64,000 nucleotides of DNA from Tubulanus polymorphus (Eukaryota > Animalia > Nemertea), in assembly GCF_964204645.1 (NCBI RefSeq), contig NC_134028.1:2480001-2544000 (forward strand). The letters are read 5' to 3'. The notes below the pieces were generated by a model that saw only the letters and a program-made list of their open reading frames with translations, did not search any database and had not been told where the DNA came from. Made by a program: the position numbers and the translations under genes. Below, in pieces: positions 13,134-24,800 of the stretch; position 1 is the stretch's first letter, and each line of letters starts with the position of its first letter.

Positions 13134-16100
13134 ATGATAATACGGAGGCGAAGGCAGCTTCCGGAAGCGAAAACAGGCAACACTGCTGTACCACCGGCTG
13201 ATCCACAACCACAAATACAGCAACCTGCAGTACACAACGGACCAGCTTCAAATATGAATGGTATATATAATATACATATTGTAATATATTTAGAGATATT
13301 GAAAAGCGGAATGTATGACAGGCAACTAGAATCAGAAGTATACATAGTTACATAGTTGATGTACACAGATTTCTCGCCATTTCACGAAACCATAGATTGA
13401 TGTTGTGGAGTAGTGTCATTCAGCAATAAAATGACGATAGCCTTGACAAAAAGTCACAGTCTGCTAGAATAGGCACATTATTTGAGATATAGCTTACTAG
13501 AGAATGTGAAAGGTAACATTCGATACTAAATCATATCTATAAGTGTACAATAAAGAAAGACACAAGTCAGATTTGTGTGGGTGGTTGGGATGATGAAACT
13601 TGAATGTGTTCTCGGATTATGATCGATTGATTTGTGGTCAGCTGTTTTTTACCGTCTGCTGAATGGCAGCACATGTCTATTACATGTAATAAAGAATGAT
13701 ATATTGTATTTGAAAATAGATCGATCAATACGACTAAATAAACACTTCTAGAAATATTTCCATTGACTACAAATCTACACAGAACTTATGTGTCCACTTC
13801 ATTCATTCCAATGACTATTCTCTGTCTAATCAAGCTTTATTAGATCATCTACTGTTAGGTATATATAATATACTTGATATAGAAATAAAGCGGGACGTTT
13901 TTGTTATGAAATATGTAAGGGAAGATCCGTATTGAGATTGCTGAATTCTAGGTAGATGGTTTACATTCTATTGGAACATCTGCTTGTACAACAATTGTAC
14001 TTCTCAAAACTACTATAGCAGATGTCATCAGCATTATTTTCACTTTAAAATGTTGAATAACGAGATGTGAACTGCGTGGTGTATATTACAAACGTTCAAA
14101 TATCCTATATTTACATAGCTGATATTAAGCTAAGTTAACTGAATAAACGTGATGACGTGGCCAGAAAAATTGCCGTAATATACCATAAAGATGTCCCCTG
14201 AGCGGCAGGCATCTCAATAGAAATACATTTTGAAACATTTTTATTTCACACTGTTAAACAGAATACTTTCAATATCGATGCAGTGACGTAGAGTTAACTC
14301 AATTCAGTTTTAATGTATAAATCAATAATAATGAAACGTTGTTTATACTTTGATGTTGTTTATTTCTAGGGCCGATGATAGGTTTGATTGCTGGGGCTTG
14401 TGTAGGCGGCCTGTTGCTCATTCTTATCGCAGTCATAATGATCTTCAGAGCGATGAAACGCAAGAAAAGACGTGACAGTTTATTGAAAGATGGTGTCCAC
14501 ACCGGTGACGTCAATGGCTTGAAAAGGTAAGCATATATCGGTAATTATGTACTGGTATTTCCTGAGTTTTGTTCGTCTGTGAGTGCCCGAAATAAAACGC
14601 TTAAATTTTCTTTAGATTTTCGTCAGATCCTGACATGTCTCACAGTTCATCCAGTGGCGGTGGGAAATACCGATCAATGGCCGGACCGAGTCTCGCCGCA
14701 CAACCTGGCAGAGTTACCGGTCGAACCAGTGGACAGCCAATGCCACCGTTGAGAGGATCAATCGTTTACGCTTCATCTGCGGCGTCAGATTCGGGTTTAG
14801 GATACGGGTACGTATTCTAGCAAAGAGTTCACGAAATGGAGATTCTACTCTTCATAATATTCATATCGTTCTGCTTGATAAAAATAACTGGTAGATTTCC
14901 AGATTCATTTGATTAACAATTTAGTCCTTAAGAATTCAATCTTGAAACTGGTTTTAGAACAATTTTTTACTGCTTAGACAAACGTTTTTATTGTGATGCT
15001 TCTCGCGGTTTAATAGGGGAATTGCGACTCAGTCGTCGTCGTCGACATCGGAGGATGATATTGAGAGTGACGAAGGTTCAGGCGATCAGGGAAAAATCTG
15101 GTTTACAGTTGTATACGATAGCGCGCAAGAAATACTCAATGTTGAAGTCATCAAAGCAAAATACTCACAAGGTATTAGAAATATTGTGAAAAACTCAGAA
15201 ATTTGGGCTCATCGTTTAGGTGGTTTTAGCAGGAAGCATTATACTGTATATACATATTGAATAATTTAGTGAAGTGTTAAACATTTGGTGATTGACGCAG
15301 AAGGCAACAAAATATGGCGCAGTTCACAATGAAAAATCAATCTTCGCGAGAAAAACACAAATGTTATTACGTACATAAGTAACTGTCAATATACAATCGT
15401 ATTGTCCTCATTTTATCAACATAGGTCGGGATAAGAACCCCACTCCACGCGATCCATTTGTAAAAGTTTTCCTTCTACCGGATGAAATGAACAGTCACCA
15501 GACAAAAACTCAGAAAAAGACTTTATATCCGAAATTCAATGAAGCTTTCTCATTTAAGGTACGCGAAAAATTGAAAATCCCACCGACTATTTTGTATTGT
15601 AAAAAGTAAGAACCTTGAGTGATTTCGGAGTTTTCTAATCATCCTGCTTGTAGGTCACAACTGAAGAGCTTGACAATAGGATTGTTCGTCTGTCCGTCTA
15701 TGACCTTGATGCGCGAAGCATACGTCACTGCGAAGGTCACGCGCTTTACCCTCTCGAAAATGCGGATGTAACCTCGGCAGATCCTATCTGCAAAGATTTA
15801 AACAGCTGTTCTAATGTAAATTTCGAAAATTTTTCCTGAATATTCATGTGTTGAATGCGCCCACTGGTGTAATGGGGTCTGTACTATTTTTTTTCTAGGC
15901 CACTTCGTTTGGTCAGATATATTTCTCACTAACTCACATGCCATCTACTGAAAAAGTCAAAGTCGTTGTTCTTCGCGGACGAGGTCTAAATAAAAGTGTT
16001 ACAGAAGATGGAATTTGTAAGTTGAAAAATTAGATTTCATCAAATTACCTTGAAAATACTACAAATCTGCATATTTTCTCAAGTGATTTAATGCGATTAT

Positions 16101-16457
16101 TCACATGTAGAATTCATTTATTTTGTAGTCGTATACGTGAAGGTACAAATCATTGTAGGCCGAAAAACTCTGAAAACAAAGAAGACAGGTCAACAAACCG
16201 GCCAAAATCCAGTCTTTAACGAGTGCTTCTCGTTCTCTATAAATAATAAACTCCTAGAACAATGCAGCATTGTAGTGACACTAATTAAAACTAAATCTCG
16301 AGCTATGGGCAAGAACTATGATGAACCGTGCGGCCGATGTGTCGTAGGGCCGTTCATGTTCGCTCGAGGAGAACTACTCAGACACTGGCAGGAAATGTTA
16401 GCCAATCCCAGGACTACTGTTGCAAAGTGGCATTCGTTGATGCCCTTACCGGACTAA
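13134..16457 (+). CDS. SYT15: Synaptotagmin-15-like (TM + C2A + C2B). Exons 13134-13260, 14370-14526, 14616-14807, 15017-15171, 15425-15558, 15654-15815, 15899-16016, 16129-16457
   Basis: Frame-consistent GT-AG junctions. TM segment [24 protein letters not shown] followed by KRKKRR. C2A has [20 protein letters not shown]2B ends [29 protein letters not shown], resembling the SYT15 C-terminus. Confidence 0.82.
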
Positions 16458-18068
16458 TTCATTTATAGGAAATTTGCTCGTGGGATGAAAAGGACGATTA
16501 ATTCATACTTAGTGTCTTCTCTTCTGAACGGAAAATTCAAGACCCATATTTTAGACAAACCGCCCGGTGTTTTTACAACGAATGAGACTGTAACAGTGGA
16601 TCCGATTGGTGCTTATTCTTCAAATAGAAATGGAGGTATTTGGAGTAACCTACTGGAAAATACGAGTGCATTGAGAAATTTATATGGTTTAAAAATACAG
16701 TTTATGATTCATTAATCAGCTGGGTTTCAAATAATTACTGACCGGCGCACTTCCAAACTACTTATGAATATTCGAGATGGATAGAATTTCTAAAAAATGC
16801 GTGGAGAAAATGAGTCCGTTATAAATGGTCAAAGGTTAGCAAAAAAACGATACTCAACATTGAATGACAACTTAGTAATCTCATTGAAGATATGATATGG
16901 CAAATGTATCATAATAACATCCTATATACTCATATTTATGTGAAAATAATGACGTGCATTATTATATAGAAAAACAGATTAATTTTGGGTAAAATGGTGG
17001 CAAGATGTTGAGTATAATATCATCTGTGTTAAGTGTAAATATCATGAATGTAAATGAAAAGCAATGCGACGATAAAATCCAATGCATGCATGCGTCATAA
17101 TGCCAATTTCAATATGAACATATCTAGTTATAGATGATTGGAATTATATGTGAAACCTATATCGAGATTATGTATTTTAAGAACCATCGGGGTTGAGTGT
17201 TTTTAGTATAAATGTTTTCAGTGAGAGGAATAAGTGTCATTATTTTGAATAAGCCGTCTCCGCAAAACGGAGCCTTCTTGAGTTCTTGAGTGAAACCGAG
17301 CTACTGCTCTAATCATCAATTTGACAGTTTAACTCACATCTACGTGAAAATCAGTCATTTTGTTTCGAACTTAACTTAACAATGCAATTTTTCAATTGGG
17401 GACCACGGTACCGGTACCTATCAACATTTAAGGTCAACAGTATCGCATAAACACTTATCTTAATCCGTGAAATGTGTTCTTAAACTGCGCTCTTTTAGTG
17501 AAAAAACTTACCGTTCTGTAAATTTTATTTTTGTTCACATTTATTGGCACAAGACAGTGATAAAATGTTTATTGTTAGGTGGTCGAAGTCAATAGTTCAC
17601 CGGATTGCAGGGGACACGCGATGCGTACTTATATAAACTACATTGTGTGATCATTTTTAATTTGTTTGTTAACCCTCTAAAAACTGGAGTTTCTCATTGA
17701 AGCATCGTCAGATTCATTGTTCACGTGAATATTCTGTTCACATCATTAATTTGTTTTAGTTAAGTTTAAAAATAGTTTAAAATGAGTTGATAGAAAAATG
17801 CAACATATATTCTTCACGAACCACGGTATATTGCAGGTCTCCTGCTGAATGATTATTGATGTACGTACATGTTTAAAATGGTTGTAACCAAAAGAGAAAT
17901 AAATACATATTTGATGAAGTAGGTCACGCGGAGTATCTTTTTCTTGAACTTGAGGAATTTCGATATGTTCATAGGCATCGTGATTGTCAAACCAGTTCTC
18001 ATTGCTCTCACCATCACTCTCATCCACTTATAGAGAGGTTCCTATTTTCCATTATATCGTTAAACAAT

Positions 18069-18108
18069 AGCTTGGAGTAATCATTTGTCCAAATGATTAC
18101 TCCAAGCT
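18069..18108. repeat. Perfect 19-bp inverted repeat with a 2-nt spacer
   Basis: AGCTTGGAGTAATCATTTG-TC-CAAATGATTACTCCAAGCT. Confidence 0.85.
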
Positions 18109-18500
18109 CATAGAATAGATAATGATGGCTAAAAGGAAATCGCGTCTCGGTCTATCTTATTTCCAAGACGGCTACAATCTAAGAATTACATGGCTCGCAG
18201 AATGAGAACATCGACAGAATAAAGCAATACTATATGTATATACTATGAATACTTACAGAATAGAAATAGTCATGGAGTAGAAAAAACCCACCTTGTCTGA
18301 CGTGCGTTTCTGTATCTGCTTCAAATAGTTCGTTATTTGTCGATATTATGAACAATCTGGGGCCTTTTCCACAGCTTTTATTCAGGTTTGACAGCAGAGT
18401 TAAAGTAATTGTGAATGAACTTATCACGAATGAGAAATCGTCCACATTAAGTTTCTGTGCGCAATGGCCTGATATAAGTTCAAAAAATAGATCGAGTTTT

Positions 18501-19472
18501 TTAGCTTTTTCCTACATGAACATCTGTTGAAGCGGACGGTTTTCATTAACTAATTCTTTTATAAAGATTTCTTTTACAATATGACAATGACTACGACCTA
18601 CCCAATACGCACAAGGTAGCTGGTGACCATCCGAACCTGAAAACCCAGGTTCCTTTCTTCGAACAAACGGCAGTGTAGATGGAGGAAGCACGCCGGTAGC
18701 CGGTATCACAGGCGTACTCAGCCTTGCTCATGTAGCGATTATCTGTGACGGTATATGTGGCGTGGTTCACGGCAGGTAATTCTGATTCTGGACACGACAC
18801 AGCTAAAGAGAAACTGTGTAAATGTGATACAAATTCCTGATTGGTTTCATCTTCAGTTTTGAAATTTGGAGCGGACGCTTACAATCGTATGTATTGCATG
18901 TTGAAGGGCAATCTTTTCTGTTCTTTTTAGATTTGCAGAAACCAGCAATTTTCGTCAATCGGAAAACACAATTGCAACTGAGGTCCGTGTGATCACCTGG
19001 AATCTTAGCTGATTAGTTGAAGGTACCATGAATAGATATTATTAAATGATATATGGAATTGAGCCATTTTCCTTACGATTAAATTGTACTTACTTTCGCA
19101 AGCGTGCGCACTTTGGCACGATGCAGCGCATTGACAGTGCATGAATTGCGGGTGCATGTAACATTCATTAACCCGGGCCCAGTTTTTACAGGGAGCCTTC
19201 AAATCAGTGCACGATGCTGATATACTTGCTAGCACTATTTAGAATCAAACATTAGGTGAAAATCATTTTTGAAACTACATTTTACGCTTAGAAAAAGAAA
19301 AATATTTGAGAAAAGGCACAATTAATAGTCTATGTCTTCCGGTTTGTAATCGAAACTCAAATTTCCATTTGTAATCATCTGAACTCTCTACGCAAAAGAT
19401 TTTAGTTATAGAAGTTGTAGACTTACCTGAAATTTTCAACCATAATAATCCAACCAGAATAGATACGTACAT
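18501..19472 (-). CDS. Secreted ShKT + ShKT-like + CCP/Sushi protein (paralog A). Exons 19472-19427, 19216-19094, 19008-18883, 18802-18602 and a probable terminal exon 18523-18501 (or a read-through stop at 18591)
   Basis: Signal peptide MYVSILVGLLWLKISA. ShKT domain CTDLKAPCKNWARVNECYMHPQFMHCQCAASC. Second Cys domain TDLSCNC..FC..DCPSTCN. CCP domain CPES..YACDTGY..C...GTW..C. All introns are phase 1. Confidence 0.78.
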
Positions 19473-20428
19473 GATTCTGGAGCAAACATTTACATATCGC
19501 TATGTCCATTAAGCGCGATGGAAATTACTTCAGGGATGACACAAAATATTGAAAGGAAAATGTTTTTGCTTGAGGGATATCATTATCGTTGCTAACTACG
19601 TATTGTCCTTTTAAGCCTATGAAACTGATACACGTTTCACCATCTCATTATCAATACATTATGAACATACGCTTTTTCATTCAGCAGGTTTTATTGTTAA
19701 AGTAATTGTTGAAAATATTTGTGACAAGTTTAATGAAAATATGGGGGATGGCATTATGGATAAATCCTTAAATACAAAATTATACAACTGGAGTCTCTTT
19801 CATAGATATCTGAATAGAATTAAGATTTCATTTAGGTCTTTCAAATGAGTTTCAAAATCTGGACTGAAAATTAGGATATCGTCGACGTAGCAGAGTGCGA
19901 TTTTGAAATTTACCCCTCTCAAAACATCAGCCATAATTTCCATCGACGAAACTTTGTGAACTGTATTGTGAAGGTTAACATTTTGTCATAAATAATACTG
20001 TATTTATTGCAAATATTCAGAGTTTATTTTGGGAAGAGAAACCGAAGTTGGAATAAAGTGAGTTTCAATGATATTAACTTGCTCAAGGATGCGGCGTTTA
20101 TCTAAATCAGAACAAGGGTACATTAATTGGCTTAGAAGAGAAATGGCGAGTTTCGAATGTGTAAAACAAGCTCTCTGTCGTTTGGCAACTTATAACGTTT
20201 TAACTTTACAACGTTTGTTGGTGTTCTTTTTTATGAACATCTAATGGTCATTACAATACCACAAGGTATTCTATAAGCCCCAACAGTCAATCTTTAGGTT
20301 CGTATCATCTTAAAATTGCCCATAGATTTGAGTCGAAACGTCAGATTCTCGCATAGTTTTTTTTTTCATTTTATTATGGGTCTTCACTCTAGTATTGTTA
20401 TATAGTGTTGTTGGTTGCCGATGTATTT

Positions 20429-20678
20429 CATCCCCCTCGGCAGGGATTCGAACCTGGCTAAAATGAAACGGAATATCTGATTGGCTAATAATGACACCAT
20501 CTAAGTAGACTGGGTGCCTGTTCCGTTCAATATGTATTAGAATATAATTGAAGATAGAGACCGGTAGCCAGTCTACCATCTAAGCTGCGCGTTAGCTGAG
20601 CACTCGGTCTAGTGTGGCAGGGATTCGTACCGTGTCAATGTCGATACCATCAGGTTCGAATCCCTGCCGGGGAGGGTG
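20429..20678. mobile_element. ~250-bp MITE with ~27-28-bp TIRs containing a tRNA B-box, flanked by a direct repeat
   Basis: Left end CATCCCCCTCGGCAGGGATTCGAACCTG, right end CAGGTTCGAATCCCTGCCGGGGAGGGTG. GATGTATTTC occurs at 20420-20429 and 20678-20687, giving an 8-bp TSD (ATGTATTT) with CA..TG ends or a 10-bp TSD. Confidence 0.7.
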
Positions 20679-21834
20679 ATGTATTTCTGTTCGGAGCTGT
20701 AAGCATTCGATGAGAGGGCGATTAATTTGTAAAGGCGACTTCTGTGGAAAGCGAGGTTCACGTGGTTAAAACTCGGTAGCCTACTGGAGGAAATTGTTGA
20801 GAAGGAATAGAGCCCGGGTTTTTCGAGCCATCAGAACATTAGGCGATGATTTTAGATCAAACAATTGTTGATTATCCCGAGGACGAGTGTTCAGAGGCGA
20901 TCGATCAGTTGGCGAGGGAAAGTGTCAGCCACGATATACTCAGACTTCGGATTACAGTTACCATAGATGGGTTCCCTCAAGTCATTCAGCAGAAGGTTCT
21001 CCGCAAGTCTTGATTAACATAAGTATAATGCGAGCAATTGATGTATATGAACTTAGACTTTATTTTGAATTATGCAACAGAACTGAGGAAATACGTATCT
21101 ATGCATTTACAAAGTGAATTTCTACAAAAATATTGATTAAAGTGATTAAAAGGATTTAACAATGCCAGATCGACGGAGTTGGTGCGCAGAAAACGACGGA
21201 AGCGGTTTCATATACTGTAGAATTGAAAACATGTACTAACGTATTTAAATGCGTAACACAAATTCTATTTTGACTAAAAACCCCCCTAGAACTCCCAGAA
21301 TACAAAATACATGTAATACTGTTTTTTAAAAGATTGTCACTACAATTGGCATCTCAGTGATCGGTGTAAATGTACTAACAACGAACTAAAATTGCACTGC
21401 AATATGCTTAATTAAAAGTATTTTAGGAACGCAGGCCCTCAATGTCTGCATTCCCCCTATAAACAAAATGAAAATAGGTCACTGGTTATTTGAAGAATGG
21501 ACACGTTACACATTCTACTACAGAGTATAAATCAAGTTAAAAAATAACAGCCTTTAAAACCAATGACCAATCAGAGGACCAAAACCGGCTTAACTGAACC
21601 AAATTTAAAGCTGATGCGCCCTAGTGTTCGATCTATCAATTCGAGACACTCACAAAATTGTACAAACGATTGCAACAATTTTGAAAAACAAAATGAGATA
21701 TGTACAAATAAATGAAACGTGTTCTCCCCAGGGTACTCCCCGGCTTCAACGACGAGCTCCCGCGCATACCAGTGCATCACGAGCTGAACACTTTGTACGG
21801 CTGAAGAGCATCATTCACTTTTCATCGCCGTTAT

Positions 21835-24800
21835 TTACCAAGTGCCATCGTGTGTTGTCTCTCGGACGAGGCACTCAAGTTTTTCCTTCGAATCAATAGC
21901 CACCTTCTTCATTTTCAAATTAGTTTTTTGTTTATCGAGGCGATACGCGTTGTCCTTGATTTGAGCGAATGATTTTAATTCAATCAAATCGACAGCGCCA
22001 TCACGCTCATTTCGCCGAGACTCCTCAGCAGTGCAAACGTACGGCTTTGGGCCTTTGATTTCTGCGTACCTGCTACGACCTATGCGAGGGTCTTCCGCGA
22101 ATACTTCGACCTTCAGTAGTCGGTGCTTTTTCGGCTTCGTTGTTTCTATAGGATACAACTTGTTTGCCGAGCTGAGTGTATCAGACCAGTGACACATTTC
22201 GAGAGGTGGTGGTGGTGTTTCGGCGCGAAGTGACTTCGTTTCGTAGAAATCCAAGCGACGGTCGATGAATCGTTTATCATATCCTTTTACTGGCGATAGA
22301 GGGATCTTCCTCGGTGTTACGTTCCCTTTCAACAGCGTGCGACCCTGAAATTGCATTTTCTTGGTCGTCTTTTTCGGCGCTATGGTATTTGTCCAGTCGT
22401 CTGTTTCGGTGGTAACGGAAGACGTACTCGATGGCGTGCAGTCGACAATAGATGGCGAGTTACAGGACAGCGCCTCCATTTCTAATGATTTTCCAATTAA
22501 CCTGGGATCTATACTTTCGGCGCCTGAAACGCTCTTTTCATCCATGATCCGAGGTACCTCGTTTACAAAGGAGGCCGTTTCAATTTTCCGCTTCTTAACA
22601 GCATGATATTCGTTTCTTAACATCCGTTTTATCGGAGTTGGCATCGGTTTAAGTATTTGCTTCTGGTTTTTCGCTACTTTTATCGTGTCCTGCAGACTTT
22701 TAAGAATAGCCACTAATTGTTCACGTTTTCCCCTATTCTGTTCTATTTTTAAATGCGCGTTCAATGAAACGACGTCTCCCTCAGCAGCGTGTATCAAATT
22801 GCCCAAAGAATCGGAATTAGTCGCGTTAATCCAAGGCGTTTGTGATCGAGCGACTGAAGGGGTTTCAGTAACAAATGACTTCCTCGTTGGAACAGAAATT
22901 TCGTTAGGTATATGATGATTAATCCCAGATGTATATGTGGATCCTGTACATGCAGAAAATTGATCGTTATCTCGTGTTTGAACAGTCGAAGGCTGATTAA
23001 ACTCAGTTGCACCGAATTGGCTCAGTATTTCTGGTGGCAGAGAACATCCAGACATAAGTGCATTGACCATCATTTTCACAACATTCAGGGGAACCATCGA
23101 TTCTGCTTCAAAAAATACTGACGATCGGGAGCCATATTCAATTTCTCGAGGCATCGTCCGATTAGTTTGGACGCCACATGGAATCGGATCTTCACTAACC
23201 GTACCATCGTCATCAACAATATCCATTGGGCAGACATTTCTATCACTATCCGCAGTAGTTTCATCCCGAGCTGATATCAATTGTTCCGACCTTGCACTCG
23301 TAGAATCTTTTGAACTTATACAATCCTCTGTCAAATAACTAGGATTGTCAAAATGAATATCCAGCGGCAACGGTTCAATCTTCTCTTGATATTTTCCAGT
23401 TTCGACCCATTTCGAGACGAATGAATCCAGTTTAGAATATGAATTATTAGAAATGACGTTTATTCGTTGTCCGTGTTCCCGTAAGTTGGACTCTGGTTGT
23501 TTCTGATCCGTTTGGATATTTTCTGACTTGTCGCTGACCGAATCTTCACCGCGTTGTAGATCTTTATTACCATCCTCTGAATTCAACAGTAGTAAAGCCT
23601 TGGCCCTATCTAGGAATGTCTCAAATGTATTGATTTTTAAATCATCCGCGTGAAATAACATAAGCTCTTTGATTCGTGCATCAGATTCACCGTTCCGTTC
23701 TTGATTGGTGGTAGCAACATCCGAAATAGGACCGCAATCATTAGGAGTACTGTTCAGTAGGTCAGACATGCTGAAATTACTCTCCTTACCAAGAAATGTT
23801 TCAGTTGGGTTTATTTCAATTCCACAATCATCATTCCGATTATTCACTTGAATTGTTACGATATCTTGTTCTCTGGGATCAGTGTTTGGTTGAGCACTTT
23901 TTTTCGAACCATCAATAACATCTAGGATCGCTTCAAGGGTTTGCTGGACGGCTACATTGTTAGATACACGCGAGGAAGAACCTAATAAACTGCTCGATGG
24001 TGTTACCTGCACAGTTTCAGGTGAACCATAAACTTCTGTTCCAATTTCAATCTCAACATCAGGTGTCGAGCTTTCACAGTCAACACCACTACAAACAGGA
24101 ATAGATTCACCAAGTTTGTTATTTTCTTTATCAGTTGAAGTTGAAGTCTTTCCTCCTCCATCCTCAGCTAAATCAACTTTCAAACTTTCTTGAGAATTGG
24201 CGAAAAGAGCTGTCCCGTCCAGCTTGCGAGCGTCCCCATGATTTCTTTTAACAGATTCTATATCTTTATCAACATTATAATATGGAACTGTATCTACATC
24301 TGAATGATAATCAATCTTTTCAGTTACGACGCTGCAGCATGAAAGTCGATCATCATGTAAATCTTCTGTCTCGGCACTGGAGTATAAAATTGTCTCATCA
24401 TCTGAATCATACTTGATCTTTTCCGTCTCGATACTGCAGTATAAATTTTCATCATCTGAATTAATGTCCATCTCCTCATTCTCAAAAAATCCTGTTTCAT
24501 CCAAAGTAATAAAATTGCTTTCGTCGTTGATTTCCACATCACGATCCTCTTCTACTTCAGTAAACTCATTATTATTCCTATCAACGTCATTTAATTGAAA
24601 GTGATTATCACAATTATCAGGGCATTTCTTTGTAACATTTCCGTCATTCTTCTGAGAATAATCACTTATTGGTGATGCAGCTAAAAGGATATGCTTACCA
24701 GGAGGTGTGTCACATTGGGATTTTGTGTGTTGTTGCGGCATATTTGATAAAAGGTTTTGATCTAACTGGACATTTCTGACTAATGAATTTGGATCATTGA

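Noticed and set aside
20601-20674. Functional tRNA gene
   Set aside because: A- and B-box-like motifs are present, but I could not fold a convincing acceptor stem or anticodon arm, and the segment lies inside a TIR/TSD-bounded element.
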